Below are positions 27,636-37,313 of a stretch of DNA of 64,000 bases, piece after piece (position 1 is the stretch's first letter; each line of letters starts with the position of its first letter). The stretch spans positions 17,696-81,695 of the forward strand of contig JAZSBR010000022.1 of assembly GCA_045602545.1 (NCBI GenBank), written 5' to 3'. The notes beneath the pieces were generated by a model that was not told where the DNA came from, made no database searches, and saw only the letters and a list, made by a program, of their open reading frames with translations. Source of the DNA: Alphaproteobacteria bacterium (GTDB lineage Bacteria > Pseudomonadota > Alphaproteobacteria > RF32 > CAG-239). Position numbers and translations under genes: made by a program.

Positions 27636-29228
27636 ATGCGTAAAAAATACCAGAAGAAAATCATTGAAAAATGTACTGAAGCCATAACTTTCGCTAGAGT
27701 CTCTAGCGAAAAACAGGAACGTGGCGCTTCTATTGATGCTCAAAAAGAATTGATTTATGATTACTGTATAGAGAAAAATCTCAAGATTATTAAAGAATTT
27801 GAGATTACTGAAAGTACAACTCGCGGCGACCGTGTAAAATATAACGAAATGCTAGATTTTATTCGTTCTCGCAACAAAAAGACTGCTATCGTTGTAAACT
27901 GCGTTGACAGACTTCAAAGAAGTGATGAAGATAATCCTGCACTTAATAAACTGCGCCGAGAAGGCAAAATTGAAATACACTTTATGAAAGAGCATATTAT
28001 CTTAGATGAAACGTCACCGGTACAAGATATTTTTGCATGGAAAATGAATGTGCTAATGGCCGGCAACTACACGGATTCATTATCATATAACGTGAAAAGA
28101 AGTTTGGTTAAAAACTGGAATTCAGGCAAATGGCAAGGCATGGCACCTCTCGGATATTTAAATCGCCATGCAGATGATGACAACAACGAAGCCATTATTA
28201 TTGTTGATCCTGTTCGCGGACCGATTATCAAGCATTTATTTGAAGAATTTGCAACCGGTAAGCATACTTTGAAAACATTGTGGTATTTATCCAAAGAATT
28301 AGGTTTATATACCAAAAATAAAAAGAAAAAAGGCTGTTTTGTAAGCAAAAACACGCTTTATGATGTTTTGACCAATCCGTTTTATCATGGTTTGATGTGT
28401 ATCAAAGGCGAGTTTTACAATCATATTTATGAGCCTCTGATAAGCAAAGAATTATTTGACCGTGTACAAGCCATTTTGACCGGAAACGGCAATCATAATC
28501 GCAACAACACCACAGAATATGCCAAAACGCCCTACACTTTCCGCGGTTTGATACATTGTAAAGAATGCGGTTGTTTGATTACGCCGGAAAAGAAAGTTAA
28601 AAAGAATGGCAATACTTATATTTATCTGCGTTGCGGACATCCATGCAAAGAATGTCATCAAGGAATAGTCAACGAAAATGTGATTATTGAACAGCTGAAA
28701 AAAGAAGTCTTGAATAAAATATCATTGCCGCCGAAATTGCAGGAAATCGTCAAAGAAAAGCTAACTCAAGAATTAAATGATACATCGGCTTTCAATAAAA
28801 CTATGAAAACAAATATCACAAATAAACTAAATGAATTAAAAGTAAAAGACAATAATTTACTTGATTATTATTTGGAAGGAGGATTGCCAAAAGAAACCTA
28901 TGAAGAAAAACATAAACAGATTACCGATCAACGAGCTGAACTTGAGCAGACAGCCGAAAAATACAAAAACATTGATGCTGATATGAAGAAAAGAGTTGTG
29001 CAGGTTATGGCTTTGGCAAATAATATCTCTAAGTTGTTTGATATGGCAACTCCAACCAGAAGAAACGAGTTATTACAATTACTTATTTCGAATTGTCAGC
29101 TTAATGGTTCAAAATTGGAATATACCATAAACGCACCATTCAACTGGATAATCAACAGCAATAATTATACCGAATGGACAACCGTCGTCATTCAGCATTT
29201 AGATGACTTTGAATGTGTGAAGGTGTAA
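27636..29228 (+). CDS. Large serine recombinase B (full length)
   Basis: ARVSS, VDRLQRS, APLGY, LTNPFYHG, zinc ribbon CKECG and coiled coil LLDYYLEG. Confidence 0.93.
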   Translation: MRKKYQKKIIEKCTEAITFARVSSEKQERGASIDAQKELIYDYCIEKNLKIIKEFEITESTTRGDRVKYNEMLDFIRSRNKKTAIVVNCVDRLQRSDEDNPALNKLRREGKIEIHFMKEHIILDETSPVQDIFAWKMNVLMAGNYTDSLSYNVKRSLVKNWNSGKWQGMAPLGYLNRHADDDNNEAIIIVDPVRGPIIKHLFEEFATGKHTLKTLWYLSKELGLYTKNKKKKGCFVSKNTLYDVLTNPFYHGLMCIKGEFYNHIYEPLISKELFDRVQAILTGNGNHNRNNTTEYAKTPYTFRGLIHCKECGCLITPEKKVKKNGNTYIYLRCGHPCKECHQGIVNENVIIEQLKKEVLNKISLPPKLQEIVKEKLTQELNDTSAFNKTMKTNITNKLNELKVKDNNLLDYYLEGGLPKETYEEKHKQITDQRAELEQTAEKYKNIDADMKKRVVQVMALANNISKLFDMATPTRRNELLQLLISNCQLNGSKLEYTINAPFNWIINSNNYTEWTTVVIQHLDDFECVKV

Positions 29229-29367
29229 GGATTATAATGAATTTACGCCTAATACAAGTTATAAAAAAATTATAGATGTATTGTATATTTCTAAATTTTT
29301 CTTTGCATCAAAAATTTTATATTGTTATAGTGAAGCGTGTTAGATATTTACAAAGGAATTTAAATCC

Positions 29368-29685
29368 ATGAAAAAGATAATGTTGATAATTTATATTTTG
29401 CTGAACATGACTCCAGCTATGGCTCAAGAGACAGAGAATCTTTTTGATTTTCGAAATTTTGATTATCAAGCTTATCAGATAAAATTACAAAAGTTTTTAG
29501 AAACACTGACCCCACAAGAAAGAATTATTTTTGTGATGTCTCAAAATAAAAACTCGTCAAATTCTTCTAAAGAATGTGAACTAGACAGTGGTATTGAAAG
29601 AAAAATAGATGATATTTATAAAAAGGTTAAAGATATAGATGATAATTTGTTTTATGGTATGTATTACAAAATCAAGTGTGAATAG
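29368..29685 (+). CDS. Small secreted hypothetical protein
   Basis: Signal peptide MKKIMLIIYILLNMTPAMA; RBS AAGGA. Confidence 0.65.
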   Translation: MKKIMLIIYILLNMTPAMAQETENLFDFRNFDYQAYQIKLQKFLETLTPQERIIFVMSQNKNSSNSSKECELDSGIERKIDDIYKKVKDIDDNLFYGMYYKIKCE

Positions 29686-29699
29686 AAAAGGTTAGTATT

Positions 29700-30200
29700 A
29701 TGCTACATACGGAAAATTGGTTATTTTATTTAAATATTTCAGATATTTCCGATAAAAATATAAAAGTAATAAAGTTTATGTTTTTATGGATGAAATATAA
29801 TGAATGGTATTCTAAATTTGGATTAAGAGATTCGGAAGGTGCTACGAAACTTTCCGATGATGCAAAAGCACGCGATTTATATGAACAGATGAAAGACGAA
29901 TTTTTAAATGGAGGGAGAAGCATAACAACTGGTTTTAAAAATATACCATTGGAAAATAATTCTAATACATCTCGTAAAGGTCTTTACAAAAAAGATGGGA
30001 AGCTATTGTGTGCATATAACGACGAAGTAAATTGTTTATGTAAATATCTGAAAGTGGTTTATAAAATTCGTTGTAATTTTTTTCATGGAGATAAACTTCC
30101 TTCTAGTACAAATGTATCTCTAATTATTTGGGCATATGAAACTCTAGATATGTTGTTACAAAAACTTATCAGAGAAAAGATAATTAATTTAAAACTATAA
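29700..30200 (+). CDS. HEPN-domain (Apea-like) protein
   Basis: F..LW..YN.WY helix and RxxxxH motif IRCNFFHG.K. Confidence 0.7.
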   Translation: MLHTENWLFYLNISDISDKNIKVIKFMFLWMKYNEWYSKFGLRDSEGATKLSDDAKARDLYEQMKDEFLNGGRSITTGFKNIPLENNSNTSRKGLYKKDGKLLCAYNDEVNCLCKYLKVVYKIRCNFFHGDKLPSSTNVSLIIWAYETLDMLLQKLIREKIINLKL

Positions 30201-30306
30201 CAAAATTAAAAACTTTTAATTAGTTTTAAAATCAACCTCGGGTTCTTAACAACCCGAAGTTAGACGGCTCAAAACAATCAAAATTATAGTCCGTGTATTG
30301 CAAGCT

Positions 30307-30317
30307 CACTCCAGCCA
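30307..30317 (+). mobile_element. Probable att duplication: tRNA-Gln-like 3' end (CACTCCA-G-CCA), right island boundary
   Basis: Acceptor-stem strand, discriminator G and CCA with no tRNA body upstream; followed by a terminator and an integrase remnant. Confidence 0.45.
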
Positions 30318-30328
30318 AGAAATTTGAT

Positions 30329-30360
30329 AAATCGCTGTTTTTACAGCGATTTTTTTATTT
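30329..30360 (+). terminator. Intrinsic terminator
   Basis: Inverted repeat AAATCGCTGT/ACAGCGATTT followed by a T run. Confidence 0.75.
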
Positions 30361-30424
30361 AAAAGACCCGAAAATGGCGGTAAAATGGTATTTACGCACA
30401 TCTGTGACACATGGGTGTGACACA

Positions 30425-30693
30425 ATGACATTAAAATATAACCATTTAGAACGCAGAAATCATACCTTTTACTTTAGGTATCGTGTGCCCTCATGGGTGA
30501 GACACATTATTGGAAAAACGGATTTTAGGTATTCTTTAAACACTAATGATTATAATATCGCTATACTAAAGTAAAACGGGAATCTTTTAAGTATGATTCC
30601 CTTATAAACGATATAAGGTGGCTGGTGATGGAAATTAGGAACGGAAAACTGCATTTATCGCAAGACGATATTGACAAAATATTTTATCTATGA
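30425..30693 (+). pseudogene. Tyrosine integrase N-terminal (DUF6538-like) remnant, frameshifted and truncated
   Basis: FYFRYRVP...GKTDFRYSLNTND with a frameshift near 30570. It is preceded by direct repeats TGTGACACA at 30403 and 30416. Confidence 0.7.
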
Positions 30694-30735
30694 TAAATAT
30701 TATATAGTATTCAAGTGTTTGAGGAGAAAAACGTA

Positions 30736-32682
30736 ATGCCGGATACTGGTTATAATTTATTACTATCAACAGTTCTCTCTGACCATTTTGATAAGATAAA
30801 GCACCCCGTTTCCGTATCATTGGGATTACATTTAAACGGGCAAACTGTAGAAGATGTTGTTAATTTGCTTAGAAAAGATGGAATTAATGCTGTTCCGTAT
30901 TATGATGAGAAAGTCAAAGATGATTTGAGTCTTTTTGTAGTTGACGGTACGGGCATTCGTACGCCATTTTTTAAGAGTCCGAAAGATGCCGTCAGAGCAA
31001 CGAGCGATATGGTTAAAATTATGCAACAGAATGGTATTGAAACCAGTCGTGCGATGCCGATTACCAAAGATAACTTAATTGAAGCCATACCGCACGCATA
31101 TACAGGTAATATTATTGACATTGCTAAGAATAATCCAGATAAAGAAAATGTTGATAAAACATTATCTGAGTATTTAAGATATGCTGCGGAAAAAATGCCG
31201 AGTATCCGTATTCCAAAAGAAGATGATAAAGACTTTACTTCAAAAACACACATTTATCGTGGCGGTTTTTTAGGTGATAAGCCTTATGCTGTTACTTTTA
31301 ATCGCCGCTATCGTGACTGTGCTTATGGCACAAATAGATTAACGGAAGCTATAAAATATTCCATAGGAGCTAACTTAGGGCGAGGCCTACATTATAAGGA
31401 GATTGAGGGCAAATCGTATGCTTTTGTATATGATTTTGAACAGCAAAAAGAGCAAAAATTTTACGATATGGCTGGAGCCGAAAGACCTTTTGCCACACCT
31501 GAAGAAAAACAAACTGCCAATCGACCAGATTACAGACTTGATTATGAAACACTTATTATAAAAGATAGAAATCCGCTATCTGCCATATACTTACGGGTTG
31601 ACGATAAATTGGTGCAAATAGCTGATAAAAATGGATACATCAAGAAGGACGGCGTAGATTGGGAAGAATTTGCCAAGTTGCATACACCGAAAAACACAAG
31701 TGAATTGAATGATTATTTGGTGGCAAGAACAAATAAACAAATCACGGAGTTTCCAACTTTTTCATATCCTGAAAAATCTGAGAATCTTCTTGATATATTC
31801 AAACGTAAAGGACAAACGGAAACACTTGAAACATATGACCGGAATTTGAATATTAACGGTTTGACTTTTAAAGATAAAACTAAAAAGACAGATGATGGTA
31901 TAGAGATTGAAAACGCTTCCTTAAATTCTTTAAAAATTTCTGAATCCATCAGTAAAGTGCGATTGACTGGAGATTTAACCATACGCAACTGTACCTTAGC
32001 GGCAAATGTTGATATGCTTGATATTGCCGATTGTAAAGGTGATATTTGTATGGCTCACATGCAATACATCAATATTAAACCACCTAAAGAATGCGAGAGT
32101 TTTACATTATCATGCGTTAAAATACCGCAAGGTGATACACTTGATTTAAGCGAAATGAAGTGCAAAAAGATGACGATTGAAGATGTTGATTTATCAGGGA
32201 TAAAAAACTTGAAATTACCTCAAGATATGGAAGAATTGAAATTCAGATATAATGTGAAGTTTCCCGAAAATATTGATTGCAATGGTGCAAAGCATATTGT
32301 TTTTGATAAAACAGCTAAACCTGATTATACGCATACGAAATCATTTATTGTTGCCAATGACACACGGATTGAAGTGGAAAATACTACTGACAAAGAACAA
32401 TTGTGCAGTAAACTGAAAAATGAAAATATTGATATTGTAACTAGAATTAAGGAACTGCCAGCAGCGCAAAAATTACGAAATATGATAAAGTCAAAAGAAA
32501 GCACTCAAGAAATTAATCTGAATGAAAGTGAAGCATTGACAATAATGCAGAAAAGCGGTAGAATTATGTCTCCGAATGTGCAAACAGTAAATATAGGTAA
32601 TAATAAAACGCAACAAACCACTGAAACAGAATTTGATAAATATGGTCGCATAAAAAATAGAAATTATCAGACGCGAATATAA
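30736..32682 (+). CDS. Large hypothetical protein with a putative ADP-ribosyltransferase-like domain and an LRR-like repeat region
   Basis: RBS GAGGAG; HIYRGG, YGT...AIKY and DYETLI; C-terminal LDLSEMKC and LKLPQDMEEL repeats. Confidence 0.55.
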   Translation: MPDTGYNLLLSTVLSDHFDKIKHPVSVSLGLHLNGQTVEDVVNLLRKDGINAVPYYDEKVKDDLSLFVVDGTGIRTPFFKSPKDAVRATSDMVKIMQQNGIETSRAMPITKDNLIEAIPHAYTGNIIDIAKNNPDKENVDKTLSEYLRYAAEKMPSIRIPKEDDKDFTSKTHIYRGGFLGDKPYAVTFNRRYRDCAYGTNRLTEAIKYSIGANLGRGLHYKEIEGKSYAFVYDFEQQKEQKFYDMAGAERPFATPEEKQTANRPDYRLDYETLIIKDRNPLSAIYLRVDDKLVQIADKNGYIKKDGVDWEEFAKLHTPKNTSELNDYLVARTNKQITEFPTFSYPEKSENLLDIFKRKGQTETLETYDRNLNINGLTFKDKTKKTDDGIEIENASLNSLKISESISKVRLTGDLTIRNCTLAANVDMLDIADCKGDICMAHMQYINIKPPKECESFTLSCVKIPQGDTLDLSEMKCKKMTIEDVDLSGIKNLKLPQDMEELKFRYNVKFPENIDCNGAKHIVFDKTAKPDYTHTKSFIVANDTRIEVENTTDKEQLCSKLKNENIDIVTRIKELPAAQKLRNMIKSKESTQEINLNESEALTIMQKSGRIMSPNVQTVNIGNNKTQQTTETEFDKYGRIKNRNYQTRI

Positions 32683-33006
32683 AAACCGGTGAGCGAACTT
32701 ATGGTTCAAACTTCAAGATAAACGTGCTTTATAACGAACTTTGCAAATTAAAGTTTCCGTTCTTGGATGAAAACTTGAAGAAAATCAGGGAGCGGCAAAT
32801 AACCCCTCGCCTTGCGCTGCAATATCGTCTCTATCCGAACGTGGATAGAACTCTGGACTTCGCCAAGAAAAAGAAAGAAAAGAAATAGAAAATTACCCCC
32901 CCTCGAAAAAATTCTGGGGTTAAATTTATTCAAATTTAAAAATGTTAAACTTTGTGCGGATTGAGAGGATTGTTTAACATTTTGAAGATTTTTTATAAAA
33001 TTTGCC

Positions 33007-33768
33007 TTATTCTGTTATTTTTTCTTTCGGATATGTCAACACAAAGGGTTGTTTTCTTTCATCTTCCGGCAGTATCTGATGGTCAAACCAAGACCAGAAA
33101 AAGTTTTCAGCGTTTTCAATACCATATCCGTCTTGATTATGGTCAGCCGTGTCATACGTATCGGTAAAAATCAGCACATCATCAGCGGTTTCTTTTGTTC
33201 CCATGGTATCATAGCCGATAATAACTCGCCAATGTCCGCCCTTAAATACATTTTCCACCATAATCGGGTGCCCTGATTTTAATTGCTCTTGCACAAAAGC
33301 CGCAAACGGTTCATAATCCTCAAGCGGTTGCCAATCATCAAGATTTGTTTTAACATTCCAACCAAGACTACGAAAGTAATTTGCCACACCCTTCACGGTC
33401 GTTCCGGTTTCAAAACTCGCTTCCATTTTTTCTATCAATTCTTTTTCGGTAGCACCATTTTTTCCATAATATTCTAAAACAGTTAAAGCCGCCGCCGGAC
33501 CGCATGAATATTCCGTTGTTTGCTGAAAAGTCGGATAATGACTCAAAATTGTTAAGTTTTCATTTGACTTCATTTCAAAAACATCCGGCATGGTGAAGTA
33601 TGGCGAATTGATATGATTTACGTTTACCGCATCTTCCTGTTTTATACCAAAATTATCTTTTTTAGTGTAAATATCACCATTACTATCATCAACCGGAAAC
33701 GCTTGTGCAAAAATTGCACTCAATCCGACTATGCCTAAAAACACTATAAAAACTGCTTTTTTCATCAT
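33007..33768 (-). CDS. Secreted C39-like cysteine peptidase
   Basis: Signal peptide MMKKAVF; QQTTEYSCGPAA and GHWRVIIGYD. Start moved to 33768 (RBS GAGG). Confidence 0.85.
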   Translation of the reverse strand: MMKKAVFIVFLGIVGLSAIFAQAFPVDDSNGDIYTKKDNFGIKQEDAVNVNHINSPYFTMPDVFEMKSNENLTILSHYPTFQQTTEYSCGPAAALTVLEYYGKNGATEKELIEKMEASFETGTTVKGVANYFRSLGWNVKTNLDDWQPLEDYEPFAAFVQEQLKSGHPIMVENVFKGGHWRVIIGYDTMGTKETADDVLIFTDTYDTADHNQDGYGIENAENFFWSWFDHQILPEDERKQPFVLTYPKEKITE

Positions 33769-33794
33769 TTTTACCTCATTTTGAGGTAATATTA
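33734..33794 (-). repeat. Dispersed repeat (RBS and signal-peptide start), copy 1
   Basis: 57/61 identical to 51783-51843. Confidence 0.85.
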
Positions 33795-34017
33795 GAGCAA
33801 TTTTGGTTAAAAAAGGCATAAAAATGAATTTATTACAAATCCCGTAACGATCTCTGAGTTGTTGAAATTTGACAATCTTGGAGAACGCGAGCAACCGATT
33901 TTAATCGGCGAAGCGGACTCCGGACCAGCTTGAAGCTGGGACGACTTTTGCGGACAAGAATGTTAATTCTGTGTGCAAAAGAAGTTTGCGGACACTGCCT
34001 GTAAAAACAGGCAGTCG

Positions 34018-34185
34018 TTCACTATGATTTGCGAGCCGTTGCACAATGCAAATATTCACTCCTGCATTGACCAATTTTGAAACAAACAAATGCCGTCCTA
34101 AATGGCTTGCTCCCTTGATTCCGAACTTGCTATAAATTGAACTGAATAAGCGGCTGATGCTTACACGGTTAAATTCACTTTTCGT
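34018..34185 (-). pseudogene. Tyrosine recombinase C-terminal remnant
   Basis: GASHLGRHLFVSKLVNAGVNICIVQRLANHS matches box II HxxRH...LGH; there is no catalytic Tyr region. Confidence 0.75.
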
Positions 34186-34339
34186 TTATGATTTAAACAT
34201 GCCCGAATCCACATGTCAAATACTTTTTTAATAAAAAATACACATAAGTCCATGATTCTGCATGATTTTCTTTTAAATTCAATGAGTTGAATCGGAAAAA
34301 TTTTTTCATAAATATTCTTATAAGGTATAAGGATTTGTT

Positions 34340-34759
34340 ATGAAAGTGCTGATTGAAACTATTACTAGCCGCAAAGGTTATAAATTCTTTGAAAACCGTG
34401 ATGAAATGGATGCTTATTTGGGCAGACATTGCGGCAAAATCGCCAGCTACGAGATTTTACAAGAAGACGATACTGCCTCCACAAATGACTTTTCTCAATA
34501 CGCTGAAAGGCGGATTGGCAGACCGGCAATGCCGGAATGCAAAGCGTAGCTTTAAGAATTGGACGTGCTCGGCTGATAAGCCGATGCAGGTCACATTTTG
34601 CAAAGTTTAGCCGACGAATGCGAAGTGTTGGAAAATAAACTATTCTATATATTCCGCCAGCAGGAAAAAATCAAAAAAGCCAAACAGTATGAAAAACTCA
34701 TCTATGCCGCAGGACGTTTAAGAGAAGCCAACGGTGCCATCAGAGGCTGTATAAAGTAA
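34340..34759 (+). pseudogene. Probable pseudogene with clustered in-frame stops
   Basis: RBS AAGGA and ATG. The same frame resumes with protein-like sequence after ECKA*L*ELDVLG**. Confidence 0.45.
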
Positions 34760-34832
34760 AAATTTATAAATTTGTTTCTTGCATTTTCTATTTTCTGTTA
34801 TAAAATACGGCAAAATTTAAGAAAGGACTGAA

Positions 34833-35099
34833 ATGCAAGACTACACAATTCAAACAAACCATGTTTGTGCCAAACAAATCTCATTTTCTTTAGAAAACGG
34901 AAAGTTACACAATATCAAATTTCACGGCGGTTGCCCCGGCAATACTTTGGCTATCAGTAAATTGTTGGAAGGTGCAGATGCGGTTAAAACCGTGCAAATT
35001 CTCAAAGGAAACGACTGCGGCGGCAAAGGCACATCTTGCGCCGACCAACTTGCCCGTGGTATTGAAGAAGCATTGTCGCAAATGTCCGAGGCAATATAA
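34833..35099 (+). CDS. TIGR03905-family TSCPD-domain protein
   Basis: VCAKQI, GGCPGN and CGGKGTSCADQL. Confidence 0.9.
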   Translation: MQDYTIQTNHVCAKQISFSLENGKLHNIKFHGGCPGNTLAISKLLEGADAVKTVQILKGNDCGGKGTSCADQLARGIEEALSQMSEAI

Positions 35100-35764
35100 T
35101 GAATATCGGCAGTAAAGAAATAACGATTTATCCGGCTCAAACCGATAATTCACCATTAGTTATTTTGCATATTTTTTCAGATGAAGGTCAGCAGGTTTAC
35201 GATGCGCTTAAAAAGTTGACAACTGTTGATTTTTCACTTGTTACCATCGGAAATTTGGATTGGGATGCAGATATGTCGCCGTGGGCTATTCCGCCGATTT
35301 ACAAAAATGACACACCTTGCTCGGGTGGCGCGGATGAATATTTGCATTTGTTACTCAATGATATATTGCCGCAAGTGTTACAATCTTTGTCATCTGCCCC
35401 GAAATATGTTGCGCTTGCCGGATATTCTTTGGCCGGATTGTTTAGTTTATATGCCATATATCACACCAATATATTCTCTCGGATTATGTCTGCATCAGGT
35501 TCTTTTTGGTTTCCTGATTTTAAGGAATATGTACAATCTCATAATCCGCAAATAATGCCGGAAAAGGTATATTTTTCACTCGGAGACAAAGAAGCAAAAA
35601 CGCACAATGCGTTTCTAAAATCTGTTGAAGAAAATACTCGCTTTTTGAAAAATCACTTTTCTCAAGCCGGAATTAAAACTACTTTTGAACTTAATGTCGG
35701 TAATCATTTTCAAGATACGACCAACCGTATGGCGAAAGGCATTGCTTGGATATTAAATGATTAA
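35099..35764 (+). CDS. Alpha/beta-hydrolase (esterase family)
   Basis: GYSLAG, SGSFWF and GNHF. Confidence 0.85.
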   Translation: MNIGSKEITIYPAQTDNSPLVILHIFSDEGQQVYDALKKLTTVDFSLVTIGNLDWDADMSPWAIPPIYKNDTPCSGGADEYLHLLLNDILPQVLQSLSSAPKYVALAGYSLAGLFSLYAIYHTNIFSRIMSASGSFWFPDFKEYVQSHNPQIMPEKVYFSLGDKEAKTHNAFLKSVEENTRFLKNHFSQAGIKTTFELNVGNHFQDTTNRMAKGIAWILND

Positions 35765-35791
35765 ACCGCCACAGGAGTTATGGCGGCTTTG
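35764..35791. terminator. Bidirectional terminator between convergent genes
   Basis: CCGCCA/TGGCGG hairpin flanked by A and T runs. Confidence 0.55.
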
Positions 35792-35812
35792 TTATTTTAG
35801 ATTACTAACGTA

Positions 35813-36661
35813 CTATTTTCCCATAGTATTGCGCATATATTGCAAGTCGCCGTACCAATAAGATGCAGTTGTGCCACCATCTATTAAAAAGTCACTACCG
35901 GTTATAAATCCCGCTTTATCACTCATCAAATACGCGGCTAAATCTCCGACTTCATCAGGTGTTCCGGCACGATGTGACGGACATAAATCTATCATTTTCT
36001 TATAATTTGCACCACGCGGACCATTCAGCTCATCGTTTGCCAACGGAGTAATAATAATCCCCGGTGAAATAGAGTTAATGCGGGCATTTTTCTTACCCCA
36101 TTTAACAGATTCAGCTGCCACACGCAAAACATTACAGCGTTTGGAATATTGATATGCTTCCAAAGTGTTGGAAATGTTTTTCAGCATATCCAATTGCAAC
36201 AATTCTTCAGTCGGTGTTAAGGCTAGTTTTTCATTTTCTTCTTGGCTCAATGCCCCCAAGCGATGTCCGGATTGTGAAGAAATCATAATGGCACTGCCGC
36301 CTTCGGATATGACTTTTCCGAACTCTTCCATTAAAACTGCTGTACCGTATAAATCAACTTTTAATACGGCTTCAATCGGTGCTTGGCTCGGGGACACGCC
36401 CGCCGCATTGATTAAATTGGTTATATTGCCGAACGATAAGGAATGTTTAATCAAAGCCAAAATTGATTCTCTTGATGACAAATCAGCTTTTATTGCACTT
36501 GTTTCAAATCCGGCATTATTTAAGTCTTTGGCAATTTGCTTAGCATGTTCTAAATTGATATCAGCAACCACTAAATGTTTACCATAGCTCACACGTCTGG
36601 CTATTGCCACGCCGATTAACCCGGCTCCCATTAAAACGACAACGTCTTTCATTTGCTCCAC
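35813..36661 (-). CDS. SDR-family oxidoreductase
   Basis: GAGLIG, NAAG, YQYSK, INSISPG and ITGSDFLIDGG. Confidence 0.92.
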   Translation of the reverse strand: MEQMKDVVVLMGAGLIGVAIARRVSYGKHLVVADINLEHAKQIAKDLNNAGFETSAIKADLSSRESILALIKHSLSFGNITNLINAAGVSPSQAPIEAVLKVDLYGTAVLMEEFGKVISEGGSAIMISSQSGHRLGALSQEENEKLALTPTEELLQLDMLKNISNTLEAYQYSKRCNVLRVAAESVKWGKKNARINSISPGIIITPLANDELNGPRGANYKKMIDLCPSHRAGTPDEVGDLAAYLMSDKAGFITGSDFLIDGGTTASYWYGDLQYMRNTMGK

Positions 36662-36663
36662 TC

Positions 36664-37299
36664 CTATCTAATGAAATTCGTAAACACGATTTCTTCTTGT
36701 TTAGGTATTTCAATTCCTGCTTTTTTACCGGCTTCCTGACATTTCAAATGCCAAGCCATATTGCGCGCTAAAATGCGCATATTTTGCAAGCCTTCTAAAT
36801 CTTGTTCTACATCTTTAGCATCTAGCCCGTGCACCATATTCCAATAACGTCCGGAAATAACCGGCATTTCGGTAATGGTAAAATATTTGTTGAGTTGGTC
36901 TAAAGTTGCTGTTGTTCCCGAGCGTCTGGCACAGGCGACAGCCGCCCCCGGCTTATGCTTAAAAATTTCTTCTCTACCGGAAATAAAAGCCGAAAAGAAT
37001 GCTCGGTCTAAGAATGCCGATATATTACCGCCGGCTGAACCGTAGTGTACCGGTGCTCCGAATACAAAACCGTCAAAATCTTTGGCTTTTTCCACAAATT
37101 CGTTCACATTATCATTGATAACGCATTTTTTCAATTTAGCACAAGCATTGCAACCGCGACATCCTGAAATAGGATTCATTCCGATATGATATATTTCCGC
37201 TCCGATGCCTTCTTCTTGTAATGTTTTAGCAATTTCTTGTAAGGCGCGATTAGTGCTGCCGTTTTTATGCGGACTTCCGTTGACAAGTAATACTTTCAT
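36664..37299 (-). CDS. Flavodoxin-like NADPH-dependent FMN reductase / iron-sulfur flavoprotein
   Basis: NGSPHKNGST and CRGCNAC...C. Confidence 0.9.
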   Translation of the reverse strand: MKVLLVNGSPHKNGSTNRALQEIAKTLQEEGIGAEIYHIGMNPISGCRGCNACAKLKKCVINDNVNEFVEKAKDFDGFVFGAPVHYGSAGGNISAFLDRAFFSAFISGREEIFKHKPGAAVACARRSGTTATLDQLNKYFTITEMPVISGRYWNMVHGLDAKDVEQDLEGLQNMRILARNMAWHLKCQEAGKKAGIEIPKQEEIVFTNFIR

Positions 37300-37313
37300 T
37301 TATTTTTCCTTTC

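Noticed and set aside
30238-30290. Recombinase C-terminal remnant (VLNNPKLDGSK resembling ISNCQLNGSK)
   Set aside because: Too short, and better explained by the hairpin TCGGGTT/AACCCGA after the HEPN gene.
32748-32933. 61-aa minus-strand ORF and the hairpin TCTATCC/GGATAGA
   Set aside because: No RBS or recognisable family; probably a deletion remnant.
34547-34579. Stop-codon reassignment or readthrough
   Set aside because: All three stop types occur together, and other genes in the window terminate normally with each.
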